DNA of 64,000 nucleotides from an uncultured Candidatus Binatia bacterium. GTDB lineage: Bacteria > Desulfobacterota > Binatia > Bin18. The notes beneath the pieces were generated by a model, which was not told the DNA's origin, made no database searches, and saw only the letters and a program-made list of their open reading frames with translations. Below are positions 9,636-20,769 of the stretch, piece by piece; within the stretch, counting starts at the first letter, position 1, and the number at the start of each line of letters is the position of its first letter. A program made the position numbers and the translations under genes. The stretch lies in assembly GCA_965214605.1 (NCBI GenBank), contig OZ243961.1, positions 896,001-960,000 on the forward strand, read 5' to 3'.

Positions 9636-11543
9636 GTGCCGGGAGCTAGCTCTCAGGCGACGCACAATCTGACTATCTCCTTACGCTCGAACGATGAACC
9701 AGAGGCGATGTTGAAGCCCGTGATGCTGGAACACGGATTGTCCGCCAATGGTGAGCAGTCGATACAGGTCCTGGCAAACCTTCGCTCGCCGTCCGGTCAG
9801 CTAGCGTTGAAGTTGATTTCCGCAAGGACGCAACAGACAGAAGCGCTCGGCTTGGCGTTAGCGAGGCTTTATCTAGAGTATCAAGGCGCGCTGGACAACC
9901 AAGTCGTTGTTCCTTTAGATGCGCACGCCGACCTTTATCCGTCAAGCGCCGAGTCCGACGAGGTTAACGATACTATTAATCTGCAACGGACTGACTCACG
10001 CAGATTCTTAGCGAGCAGTTTATACCGAATGTGCCAAAGCTCGATACAGTGGCCTTTATCGCTCCTGAGAGAGCCCAGATCAACGTCCTGGTCAGTAGAT
10101 GAGATCTGGGATGATGAACCGGAGTCACCGGTCACCCCGACGGCAGCCTCGGCTGAGGCGGCAGAACCTGCGCCGGCACAAGAACAACCAAGTGAAAAAA
10201 GGATATCTGTCGAGCAAACATCTCCGCCGTCCAATGCTGCTGAAGGTGACAACGAGGACGAACAGGGCACCACCGCATCTTCCGGCTCGGAAGCGCCTGT
10301 TGATCCAAAGATTGAAGCACGAGAGCGCCTAGTATCCGAGCCTGCACCTCATGCCGAAGGAGGTTTCGGGCCAGAAGGTCGCCCTGGGACCTTAATCATG
10401 CTCACACGATCAGTCTCTTTGGAGTCCAAGGCGGCGGCAAGAGCTACACGCCAGGAACGGTGATTGAGATGGCATCCATGCCGCTTCAGCACATCAATAG
10501 TGCTTCCAGGCCCGCTGGCGACCGTGATATTCCACTACAGCCCGACGCAGGATTATGCGCCGGAATGTACCTCGATGATCAATGCCAACTCGGTTGAAGA
10601 GGAGGTCCGCAGTCTCCGTGAGCGTGACAAGGCAAATCCAGAGGTGTCAGAAGGATGTGTTGATCCTTGCCCCGGCAAAGAAGGTGGACGATCGCCGAGC
10701 CGAGTACTCGGATATCGAGGTTAAGCCGACTGCCTTCTCTGCCTCCGAGCTCAAGACCGCGCACCGGAAGTTTCTGATGGGAGCGATTGGCGGTCAGCAC
10801 AAGCACATGTATATGCGCCAAATCAATCTCATCATGAGGGGGCTTCGGGGCAACCTGACGTTGGATGCGCTGCGAGCAGGCATTGTGCTAACTCTGGTCT
10901 GTCCGACCACCTCAAAGAGCTGGCCCAGACGCGGCTATTGTTTGCTGGCGAATACATAGACGACCAGCAGCGGTTCAGGACCTGATTCGCCCCGGCCGCT
11001 TGATCAGCGTGGATCTGCGTTATGAGTACTATGAGTACATTGAGAAGGACGAGGCGCTTGGGCTGTTCGTGGTAATGCTGCAGATCTTTTCGGAAGCAGC
11101 CTACCAAGGGCGTGCTTTCAATGAGTTAGTGGTTTTCAATGAAGCTCACAAGTACGTCGGGAACGATGATCTCGTGGTCCGGTCTTGTTGAGGTTGTGCG
11201 CGAGATGCGCTACAAGAGGACCAGTACCATGGTGGCTTCTCAGGACCCACCATCAGTACCCGTCTCCCTCATTGAGCTGTCATCGCAGATCATCATGCAC
11301 AAGTTCAACTCGCCAGCCTGGTTGAAACACATCCATAAGGCGAATGCTGCGCTTGGTGAGCTGACCTCCGACAAGATGAGCCACCTCGGAACCAGGGGGG
11401 AAGCCTACGTGTGGTCGAGCAAGGCCTCGGATGAGGCGTTTACTCGGGGAGCGGTGAAGATCACGCGGGTCACCCAGCATGGCGGCAGCACAAAGACCGC
11501 TGTTGGCTCAGGGGCAGGCTGGGCTCAAGAACGGAGAGGGTAA
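9636..11543 (+). pseudogene. Fragmented large HerA-like ATPase, resembling MADS MAD8
   Basis: VIFHYSPTQDYAPE, LVVFNEAHKY, VREMR.K..S.MVASQDPPSVP, HKFNSPAWLKHI, RVTQHGGSTKTA spread over four or more frames. Confidence 0.55.
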
Positions 11544-11708
11544 AACCGAGCGGCACCACAACTTCCGGCCGAGGGCTGGCTCCGACCACTCTGGCGGGGA
11601 GGCAAGCGACAACAAATGGGACTCCGTTTTGCGTCCGGGATGGCGTAGATGCAGGGTCTGATGTCTTGTGCTTGGGAAGTCAGGACGGAATCTGGAGAGG
11701 AGTCTTGA

Positions 11709-13403
11709 GTGGCGAAAGCTGAGGCGACGGTTGAAGAGCTCGTTGGCATGATTGAGCGGGGGGAGTTGCGGCTTCCCGAGATGCAGCGCCGATACGTTTG
11801 GCGTTCACCCCGGGTCAGAGATTTGCTTGATTCCCTGTATCGAGGTTATCCATCGGGTGCGATCCTGCTATGGGAAACTGACGAAGATGTGCCGCTTCAG
11901 GATTTCGCGATCACACAGCAGGGAACCTCTTATCAGACAACGCGGCTGTTGCTTGATGGTCAACAGCGTCTGACTTCGCTTTCGGCCGTGATTCGAGGCG
12001 AACCGGTGACGGTTCGTGGTCGCCGTAGACCTATCGAGATCTTGTTCAACCTGGAGCACCCCGAGGATCTTGCAGTAGTCACCGAAGTGAATGAGGACTC
12101 GGATGAAGAAGAGGGGCGGAGCGAAGATGAGGTCGATTCGACAGAGAATGAGCTGCAGGCGCGTTTCAACCGGATGACTTTCGTAGTGGGTACGCGGAAG
12201 CTCGAGCAGCTGCCACACTGGGTGAAAGTCTCGGACGTATTCAAGAGTGAAAGCGATAGACCCTTTTTGAAGCGTGCAGGCATTAGTGACCTCGACGATC
12301 CGCGCGCGGAAAAATATAGTCAACGACTCGCGCGACTCCGCGGCATTCGCAGGTACGTGTACCGGATGGACATTCTCGAACGGTCATTGCCCTACGACGA
12401 GGTCACAGAAATCTTTGTCCGAGTGAATTCCCTGGGGACGAAACTGCGCGGTTCGGACCTCGCGCTAGCTCAGATCACAGCCAAATGGCGGGGTGCTCTG
12501 AGGATATTCCAAGACTTTCAGGAGGAGTGCGCGAAGTCTGGTTTCGATCTTGAGCTCGGAACTTATTTGAGGAACCTCGTTGCGTTCGCAACCGGGCAGT
12601 CGGGCTTCCTTACTGTCGGCAGTCTCTCTCTCGAACGACTGCGGACAGCGTGGACCGAGTGCGTAGAGGGCATGCAATTTGCCCTGAATTTCTTGAAAAG
12701 CAACGCATCGATTGATAGCCCAGCGTTGCTGTCCTCTCCGTTCCTGATTGTGATGCTGGGCTACTATGGGCATACAAGAAACTACGAACTGGTCCCCGAA
12801 GAAGCGGATCGGTTGCGGCACTGGGCTCTAGTGGCCAATGCCAAAGGACGCTACTCTCGGGGCTCAACCGATACCTTCCTGGACCAAGACCTGGCAACGG
12901 TTCGACAAGGCGGCGGGGCGGAAGAGATGTTGGAACGCCTACGCTTGCAGGTCGGACGACTGGATATTGCCCCCGGGGAGTTAGAGGGTCGGAATCGGAG
13001 TAGCGCCGTTTTCAAGACAATGTTTCTCGCTTTCCGTTCCGGAGGGGCGAGAGACTGGCGTTCGAACCTCCAGATCGCACTTGATCACAGGGGATCAGGG
13101 CATCGCCTGCAGTTCCACCATATCTTCCCAAAAGCGATCTTGAAGAGCAGCTACACCGCGCGAGAAGCGGATGATATCGCGAACCTGGCATTCATAGGCG
13201 GGAGGACCAACCGCCAGATCAGCGACAAGGCGCCGGAGAAATATTTTCCCGGACTCATTCAGGAATCCGGTATCGCTCCGTTTGAAGCGCAATGTATCCC
13301 GACTGATAAAACCTTGCTGGGTGCGGATGCCTACAAGAAGTTCCTGAGAGAACGGCGAAAGCTGGTGAGCCGACGGCTGAATGAATTTCTCGGGATCGAG
13401 TAG
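11709..13403 (+). CDS. DUF262 (GmrS/ParB-like) plus C-terminal HNH-like nuclease; GmrSD-type
   Basis: LPEMQRRYVW, DSLYRGYPSG, LLDGQQRLTSL, FVRVNSLG, HHIFPK...NLAFI..RTN..ISDK. Confidence 0.85.
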   Translation: MAKAEATVEELVGMIERGELRLPEMQRRYVWRSPRVRDLLDSLYRGYPSGAILLWETDEDVPLQDFAITQQGTSYQTTRLLLDGQQRLTSLSAVIRGEPVTVRGRRRPIEILFNLEHPEDLAVVTEVNEDSDEEEGRSEDEVDSTENELQARFNRMTFVVGTRKLEQLPHWVKVSDVFKSESDRPFLKRAGISDLDDPRAEKYSQRLARLRGIRRYVYRMDILERSLPYDEVTEIFVRVNSLGTKLRGSDLALAQITAKWRGALRIFQDFQEECAKSGFDLELGTYLRNLVAFATGQSGFLTVGSLSLERLRTAWTECVEGMQFALNFLKSNASIDSPALLSSPFLIVMLGYYGHTRNYELVPEEADRLRHWALVANAKGRYSRGSTDTFLDQDLATVRQGGGAEEMLERLRLQVGRLDIAPGELEGRNRSSAVFKTMFLAFRSGGARDWRSNLQIALDHRGSGHRLQFHHIFPKAILKSSYTAREADDIANLAFIGGRTNRQISDKAPEKYFPGLIQESGIAPFEAQCIPTDKTLLGADAYKKFLRERRKLVSRRLNEFLGIE

Positions 13404-13734
13404 GCGACTCGAGATCAGAGGCCAATAAGTGCAGCGATTGCTTTGTCCGCCTCGTCCCCGGGCGTCGCGTTTCGGTTCCCGAGCTTTTTCGGCTTAGGCA
13501 GCTTGCCGTCCCTCCTTAGCCGCCAAATCGTCATTTCGGAGCAGCCTCCGAGTTTCTGACGGAGCTGCTTGGCGGTGATCACTCGGAGCATCCACCGTCT
13601 CTCCTGCCATATCAGGTCTTAACGCTTGGTGATGCTACTGATGGCGCTGGAAATCGCCGCAGGAAACCAATGCAATCGGCGTCGTGGTTTTCAAGTCGCT
13701 GAGCTTCCAGAGGAAAACAGATCAGACGCTAAGC

Positions 13735-14780
13735 CCGTTGATCACCGCGCCTCCGCCGATGCCTTCGCCACAGAATTGAGGTGGTCCGCCCACCACTGCA
13801 TCATCCGGGTTCGTTCTTCGAACCGATCACTCCGGTCGTAGGTGCCCTTAACCTTGTTCTGCTCCGTGTGAGCTAGCGCCCGTTCCACGGCATCAACGGA
13901 CCATATGCGGTGCTTTTACCGTCGACCTCGGCGACAGCCTCATTGAGGAGCGTCGAAGCGAGGGCGCGGAAACCGTGGACGGTGGTGAATCCGGTACACG
14001 GCGAAGATCATCGTGTTCTAGCTCGCCGGTTTGTCCTCAAGGCGGCCGGGCATCAGCCACCGCGAATGGCCCGATACCTTGCGAAGCTCCTCAAGCGTGG
14101 CGAGCGCCTGCTGTGACAGAAAGATGCGGTGTTCGCGGCGGTTCTGCATCCGTTCCCCCGGGACCGTCCACACGCCTTCCTCACAATCGAACTCCGCCCA
14201 CCTCGCTTCGCGGACCTCGCTGATGCGCGCCAGGGTGAGGATCAGCAGCCGCAGTCCCAGCCGGGTTGCCGCATCGCCGTTGTAGGTCTCAAGTCCATGC
14301 AGGAACCTCGGTAGTTCGTCGGCGGCGAGGGCGCGGTCTGCTCGCTCTCCTTGCGTGGCTTCAGGTTATCGTGGAGCTCGCCGGCAGATTGACCTTGCGG
14401 TAGCCGAACGCGACGGCGCGGGAGAACACGGCCCACATGCGCTGCAGCACGCGCGTCGCGATCTCGCCAGCGCCGCGGTCCTCCATGCCCTCGATCAGGG
14501 CCATGATCTCGCGCGGTTGGATCTCGTCGATGGGGCGCGGGCCCAGGGTCGGCAGGATGTCAGTCTCGAAGGATCGCCATACCTAGGAAGCGTGCTTGCG
14601 GGGCGAGCCGGGCGTTTGTCGCGGGTACCACTCCTTGGCGACGGAGAAGAAGGTCGGGATCGATGAGTCGACCGCCTGTTTCTCTGCCTGCTTGGCGGCG
14701 GAGGGGTCGTCGAGCTTACGGGCATTCTACCATTTCTCGCAGGCCTCGGCCAGGGCGACTTTGGCTGAGGGGCTTCTCCC
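13735..14780 (-). pseudogene. P4-like tyrosine integrase remnants
   Basis: Minus-strand fragments LAEACE, VAKEW, PIDEIQPREIMALIE, HGFRALASTLLNE, VERALAH, YDRSDRFEERTRMMQWWAD. Confidence 0.7.
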
Positions 14781-14823
14781 ATGACGCGGGGGCCTTGCCG
14801 CGCCAGAGCTTGCCGCCAGCCGA

Positions 14824-15170
14824 GGTCACGAACACACTGTCGGCCAGCCGGAGCTTCCCCGCGTTCACGGGCACCACGAAGGTCGCACCGCGTCGGGCCA
14901 ACTCCTCAACCAATTCCATCACCAGCGCGCGATTGCTCGACCTCAACCGTCGGCACCACCGTGAGGTCACCCGAGATGTAAAATGATGAATTTCGCGAAC
15001 GGGCCCGCTTTCCCCGCCCTTGTACTCCTGATCCCCGTCTTGTCCCGAACGCTTCGGCTGAGCTCCACGATGAGACGATCGGCCTGACCGTGGTACTCCT
15101 TCCACTTGTCGGCCGGAAGGCGGAGCACGTTACTATCAAAGGAGCGAATCTGAGTGTTCGTCAGGGGCAG
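14824..15170 (-). pseudogene. CBASS-like remnant: CD-NTase N-terminus joined by deletion to an effector (SLOG-like) fragment
   Basis: PLTNTQIRSFDSNVLRLPADK.KEYH.Q.DRLI.ELSRSVRDKT...KAG.FAK resembles CD-NTase N-termini; followed by LVEELARRGATFVVPV. Family recall only. Confidence 0.5.
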
Positions 15171-15214
15171 GCTGCACCCCTGTTTATCTTCGATTCGTTC
15201 ACCAAACCGCTCTT

Positions 15215-16436
15215 TCATGTCGCTATGCCGAAGTGCCGCCGGACCTCGCCGGTGCCAACAAACTGCGACAGTAGCCGGTAGTTCTGCTTTTGGTGCCGGA
15301 CCCTGCCCGCGACAATCGCCGGATGAATCCCGAGTGCTTCTGCCAAATTCATGACGGCCATGGGCGTCGGATGTGCCTTCACGGCGTTCGCCTCCCAGAC
15401 CGCCTTTGGTATGAGAGCCTCTTCCGCCCAGTCATCCGCCTGCCTCTCTCGCAGATCTTCCCGTCCGCCTTCCACTTTGCGGAGCGTCAAGTCATCGACG
15501 AAGGCATTGCCCTTGTCGTTGTCCAGGTGCCGGCCGACATGGGCCAACTCGTGCAGTAGGCAGAACCAAAAATTGTCGATGCAGTCGTGGCGCAGGGTCA
15601 GCCTGACGACCGGCCGTTCATCACCGAGCCGCAATGCCGCTCCGTCGAGATATGTTTGTGGCAGATGGTGTACGATCACGAGCGGAATCCCGCGTCTGGC
15701 CAGAAGTTCCTTGGCCAGACGCGGCCTCTCCCCGGAGCAGCTCAGTTGTGCCACCTTCTTGAGAAAGTCCACAGTGACGGCGCCGCGCTTGTAGTTCACC
15801 TGCGGCCGCTCCTCGTTCGTCTTCGCCAGAACCTGCCAGCACCAAGCTTTCATGGGGATCCATCTTGGCGTTTGCGCGCACGTGATCGTTCTTCCGGTGG
15901 AGTACGGCGCCGGCAACCTTCGCTCCTCCCGCACGAGTGATCAGATCACGGATGATCTCATCCGCGCGCTCCACGAGATTGGGGCCGCCTGGAATCCAGT
16001 TCAGCTTCGCCATCGCCTTGACGGGAAACCGGCTCTACTCCATGTCCGCCAGCGGATCGCTGAGCTCGACCCCCGCCTCGCGCAGGAGCACGTCCGCGGG
16101 AATCCCAAGATGCTTGTGGAGCGTACGGGCCATTGGCATGGTAATCGCGCGCTTGCCGGATAGGACCTCCGAGACCTTGGCGCGACTCCCGATGCAGGGG
16201 ATCAGATCGCGCGGGCTCAGGTTCTCCTGTTCCATGCGGAACTTGATCGCAGCCACCGGGCTGGGATAGCCCATCGGCTCGTGCTTGCTCTCGTAGAGCT
16301 CGACAAGGTCGGCAAGAACGTCGAGTTCGTCGAACTCGACGGTGCTCGGCTCTGCGCTCATCAGCGCGTCGATCCGCGCAAGCGCGGCCTCGTAATCTTT
16401 CTTGGTCCGGATCGGCTTGATCTTGCTATTAGCCAT
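15215..16436 (-). pseudogene. higA: HigA antitoxin-HTH plus ImmA/IrrE metallopeptidase, split by TAG at 16035 and a further small deletion at ~15850
   Basis: KPIRTKKDYEAAL, SRAKVSEVLSGKR, TYLDGAA, DNFWFCLLHELAH. Confidence 0.8.
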
Positions 16437-16437
16437 C

Positions 16438-16731
16438 TCACACCTCCCCGACGTCTATGGCGTCATACTCGACGTGGGTGCCCACAAAACGTACGTAGAC
16501 GATACGTGCCGGATAGTGAATCATCACCACGAGCCGGTAGTCGTTGCCCTTGATGTTGAAGACCACCCGGTTGCCGCCAACGATGCTGGCACTACGGTAC
16601 TTCTCCTTCACTTTTGCTGGTCTATCCCAGTCCTCCTTCAGGACCTCGCGATACCAGGCGAGTAGCGGATCCCTGGCATTCGGATTCCGCTCCCAGAACT
16701 CCCGGAGCATCCTCTTGGCGATGATCCGCAT
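16438..16731 (-). CDS. higB: HigB family toxin
   Basis: MRIIAKRMLREFWE, RVVFNIKGNDYRLV, RFVGTHVEYD; directly upstream of higA. Confidence 0.9.
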   Translation of the reverse strand: MRIIAKRMLREFWERNPNARDPLLAWYREVLKEDWDRPAKVKEKYRSASIVGGNRVVFNIKGNDYRLVVMIHYPARIVYVRFVGTHVEYDAIDVGEV

Positions 16732-16964
16732 AGCTATACATACTTCGTTCCCATAATATTGTTAACTCTATTGATCCTAAAACAGACCATTATCGATATC
16801 CCTTACCATGAATCAGCTGTTGCTTGCCATGCCCGGTATATTCTGTCCGCGCAATTGCTGACCAATCATTACGTTTGAAGACGCGACGCTGGCAGCCGCA
16901 GCTGAAAGCGCACTTGAGAGGAGAGTGGCGCCACGATCTGGTCTCCGTCCGAAATTAGATTCCA

Positions 16965-17055
16965 TCATTACCCCTCATGGGGATCAGTAACTTTCCCCTC
17001 CGCATTGCGGAACACCGCGGGCGCCGTCTCATTACCCCTCATGGGGATCAGTAAC
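16965..17055 (-). CRISPR. CRISPR remnant: two repeats, one spacer
   Basis: Identical 27-nt TCATTACCCCTCATGGGGATCAGTAAC at 16965-16991 and 17029-17055, internal CCCC/GGGG hairpin, ~36-nt spacer; leader-like DNA and cas2 lie to the right. Strand inferred from cas2/leader. Confidence 0.7.
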
Positions 17056-17227
17056 CTTGTTTTTATCCCTTTCCCTCCCAAGAATAGCTTTTAGAGTGAG
17101 CCTGCATACTATTACAGGCCCTGGAAATTTGCGCCTGAGTCCCAGACCTAAAGAGGGTTCCGTGCTCAAGCGCACAAGGAACTCGTCAGAGAGTAGACCA
17201 GTTTTTACCATGCCACGTGTCCTCATC

Positions 17228-17460
17228 CTAACGCATCGGCCCACCGAGCGCATCCTTGCTCAGCCTCTGTACCTCCACGTTGTGACGATTCTCGCACACG
17301 AGCTTCAGCACGCGGTCTTCAGGGCTAATCTTCTCCGAGATTCTCGCTACCAGCCGGACAACCTCGGACTCCGGCAAGTCACCTATGAAAACGGACGCCT
17401 GCTCATGGATGAGAAACTCCTTCAGTATCTTCCTGTACATGTCCGTCCGCTTGGCGGACC
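17228..17460 (-). pseudogene. cas2: Cas2, 5'-truncated
   Basis: AKRTDMYRKILKEFLIHEQASVFIGDLPESE matches the Cas2 Q.SVF.G pattern; first strand with the catalytic YD is missing; adjacent to CRISPR repeats. Confidence 0.7.
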
Positions 17461-17832
17461 GGAAGTCATTAATGTGCGTTTCGTTTGAGATGTAGAATTT
17501 TTCGGAGTTGAGATCCCTGTGCAGGCGTTTTGACTACAACCGGCCAAGCCTTTGCGGGAATTCTTGGTATCAAAGTGACCGCACTTTAGCTCTCACCTGT
17601 CCAGGTACACCGCCGTGGCCTGTTGCGGCCCAACTCCCTGCTGATCGTCATGCGGGCTTCGCAATCAAGGGTCTTTTCTTCCCGCTACCAAACTCATTTC
17701 TCACCCTCCCTTTCATGAGCGTCTGGGAGGGGTCGCTGAACCTTGAAACTCTTGAAGACTCAATGTATGATACCGAAAGAGGTACGACTCGCCGCGTATT
17801 TCGCCGAGCACGACCACAGGGAGGAGCACATA

Positions 17833-18060
17833 ATGAGGGAAGAACAACAGGAGTGGACCGGACATGCGGACAAGACGCAGTCGAACCGCGCAGCTGTCCA
17901 TGCAGCAATGCTGAAGGAGGCGTTGCGGCGGCCCGGGGTGCGTGAAGCTATGGAAGTCTATCGGGACTGGCAGCGAACCGACAACGGACTCGCTTCATAC
18001 CGGGCGGCAACAAAACAACCGTCGATTACAACGACGACGGACCACGCCAACGCCCAGTGA
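17833..18060 (+). CDS. Small hypothetical protein (75 aa)
   Basis: GAGGAG RBS; ORF stays open in the diverged copy at 44364-44591. Confidence 0.55.
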   Translation: MREEQQEWTGHADKTQSNRAAVHAAMLKEALRRPGVREAMEVYRDWQRTDNGLASYRAATKQPSITTTTDHANAQ

Positions 18061-18081
18061 CAAGTTTGAGGGAATCCGACT

Positions 18082-19065
18082 TTGCCTATCTGGAGCGAGA
18101 TCCTCGCCGAACTGCACGCCGGCACCCAAGGTGGAACGCCGGATTTTGACGGTGTTCGACGCAAGTACCTGTTGGAGCTTCATACTTATACGGAGCGCAA
18201 TGTCATCCTGTATGCATCGGGCTGGCTGCAGAAAGAAGAGGGACTGCCTAGGGCTGTCTCAATCGGCGATGAGGATATCCAGGCACTCATGGAGGTTAGT
18301 CAGGGTCTGCAAGGCTCTCAACTCGACCTCATTCTACATAGCCCAGGTGGCTCTGTGGAAGCAGCCGAGGCAATCGTCTCATATCTGCGGTCTCGATTTC
18401 GGCACATTCGTGTGATTGTGCCGCAACTCGCCATGTCGGCCGCAACTATGATTTCTTGTGCTGCCGATGAGATCATCATGGGCAAGCATTCCTTCCTCGG
18501 TCCCACCGATCCTCAACTGACGTTGTCGACTTCCTTGGGCATTCGCTCCGTCCCGGCTCAGGCCATTCTTGACCAGTTCGACAGGGCACAGCGCGAATGC
18601 TCGGACCCTGCAAAGCTATCGGCTTGGCTGCCCATGTTGAGTCAGTTCGGCCCGGATCTGCTCGTGCGCTGCGAGTCGGCGCTTGCCATGTCGAAAGAGC
18701 TCGTACAGCAATGGCTGCAGCAGTATATGTTCAAGAATCTTCCCGAACGCCAGGAACGAGCGGAGGATGTTTCCACCTGGCTTGCAAGTCACCAGCAGTT
18801 CAAGAGCCACGGCCGACATTTGCCACGCGCTGAACTGATCGATCACAGGCTTGTCGTAACACCCTTGGAGACAGATGGGAAGTTGCAGGACCTGAACCTA
18901 TCCGTGTTTCACGCAACAACCCACACGTTTACTGGAACGCCGGCCGTGAAGATCGTGGAAAACCACACCGGTCGGGCGTTCATCAAGCAACAGATCGTCC
19001 ACGCTCCTCCCGGATTACCGGTCGATATGGGCGGCCAACCCCTACCGCCTGCGCCGCTTGGTTGA
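18082..19065 (+). CDS. SDH-family Clp-fold (S49-like) serine protease
   Basis: LDLILHSPGG, AMSAATMISC, SFLGPTDPQ, SHGRH. Confidence 0.85.
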   Translation: MPIWSEILAELHAGTQGGTPDFDGVRRKYLLELHTYTERNVILYASGWLQKEEGLPRAVSIGDEDIQALMEVSQGLQGSQLDLILHSPGGSVEAAEAIVSYLRSRFRHIRVIVPQLAMSAATMISCAADEIIMGKHSFLGPTDPQLTLSTSLGIRSVPAQAILDQFDRAQRECSDPAKLSAWLPMLSQFGPDLLVRCESALAMSKELVQQWLQQYMFKNLPERQERAEDVSTWLASHQQFKSHGRHLPRAELIDHRLVVTPLETDGKLQDLNLSVFHATTHTFTGTPAVKIVENHTGRAFIKQQIVHAPPGLPVDMGGQPLPPAPLG

Positions 19066-19282
19066 CCAGATCGGAGAAGCTGGGGCTGTTCTCCATTATC
19101 TCCTACAAACCATTCTTCACCAGACGGAGGCGTCAAAGAGCAAGTCGGCGCTGGTATTGCCCCCACTGTGACCGACAATCGACCCAGAGCAGCCGGACCC
19201 GATTGAAAGTGGTTCGGCACAGCGTAGCCCGGCGAATAACTCCACAGCTTCCCACCTGCCCCAATACACGGCCGTAATCTGC

Positions 19283-20114
19283 TCACGTCCGTGCCCCCAG
19301 TTCATTGTCATTCTGATCTCGTAGTCCAGCGCCTTCTCCTCGGCTGACAACCGGCCCGTTCACCTTCCCGCCGGCCGCCGATGCCGCCCATCCCATCAGT
19401 TTCTCGTAGCGCGCCTGTGCATCAACATGCCGCAAGCCGTGCAGCTTGTGCAGGCCCGCTGCCACGGTCCGGCGCTCATACAGCTTGAGCTGCTCAACAT
19501 AGCTGCGCCCATCTGGAATCATCGAGCCGCATCCGACCAGGTGGGGTGCCTAGTCCAGCACTTGCCGCTGCCGTGCCGTGAGGACGGTATTTCCCGCCCC
19601 CGTCCACCCTCACACCAGGACGCCTTGAGCACCAGCCTGTCGCCCTTGTCGGCCACGCAGGGTCGAAAGTTCAGGCATTCCTCCCGCCGCAGGCCGAAGG
19701 CCCGCTGCAATTCCAGGCCAGCACGCGGGTGCACGTCTTGTACCTTGCCCAGGTCGCCTAGGCCCAGACTCACCGCCTTCGACGCATTGGTGACGTAGCG
19801 ACGCTCGGCGATGCCGTAGGCCGCATTGCGGGGGTCGATGACCGACTGGCGCCCGCCCTTTTCCGCCCACTAGCGCAACGATGCCATGCGCGCCTTAATG
19901 GTGCCGGCGGAGGACCCTCGGCCTGCCAGTGCGCCACCAGCGCTGCGACGTGGCGGCCCTTGAGCTGATCGGGGTCCTCGAGGCGCGTGTAGCCCAGTTC
20001 GTGGAGTTGCCGGGCGCACAGATCGAACTCCCTGGCGCGGCGCGCGCAGGTGGCGAAACTGCCGTCCCGGTTGCGCTGGCAGAGTTGTTGCAGTCGACAG
20101 TTCAAGTCACGCAT
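19283..20114 (-). pseudogene. Integrase-domain protein (Integrase_1 / phage integrase N-terminal type), frameshifted
   Basis: MRDLN..LQQLCQRNRDGSFAT, LKGRHVAALVAHW, LQRAFGLRREE, HGLRH.DAQARY. Confidence 0.7.
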
Positions 20115-20263
20115 GGTCCAAATCACTCCATTCGGTAAATGTTGATGGCCTGAACCTGTAACCGCCCGGAAACGTCTACAGGTGTTTGAATAGGCCGGAA
20201 TCTGGAAACCCGTTTTCCCGTCTGGGAAGACACCCGGCGTCCCTGTTGGGCAGTATTTCCGGG

Positions 20264-20368
20264 GTTGGCTCAACCTCTTGTTGGAACATCCTGCGGGGAC
20301 GTACTTGCGAGCTTCCAAGGCCGACCGGTGTGAGTTGGCTCAACCTCTTGTTGGAACATCCTGCGGGG
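20264..20368. repeat. Two perfect 35-bp direct repeats separated by 35 bp
   Basis: GTTGGCTCAACCTCTTGTTGGAACATCCTGCGGGG at 20264-20298 and 20334-20368. Confidence 0.9.
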
Positions 20369-20769
20369 GGCAAGGTTGCAACTCCTCGGAGCGGCGCCGG
20401 ATAGCCCCGTTGTTCATCGAAAGAACCGCTGCGGCCTTGCAGGACGTGGTAATCCCGGTGTCGTCAGTACCCGCTTCGCTCGTACTGACGACGCTGAGTG
20501 CCGTAGGTGCAAGGCGTGGCAGCACGCCGCCGTCTTGCCGAGGCCGCTAGGCCGCGGCCCTGAAACCGTTGTCGGCTGCACGCCGACAAGGACGCTTTAC
20601 AGCGCCCGTAATGCCCACGCCGCCGGGTTGTCCGGCGGCGCCGTGCACGGACCGATTTTCGGGAGTTTCTTACGGAACGAGCGGGTACGGCGAACGCTTC
20701 GCGAGCTGCTCGCGCCGTAATAGAGCATTTTCGGGTCTGATTGAATGATGTGTGGACTGACGGCTTCAA

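Noticed and set aside
20264-20368. 35-bp repeats as the CRISPR array of the type III-D locus
   Set aside because: Only two copies, no GAAAC/GAAAG-like end or leader; kept as an unexplained repeat.
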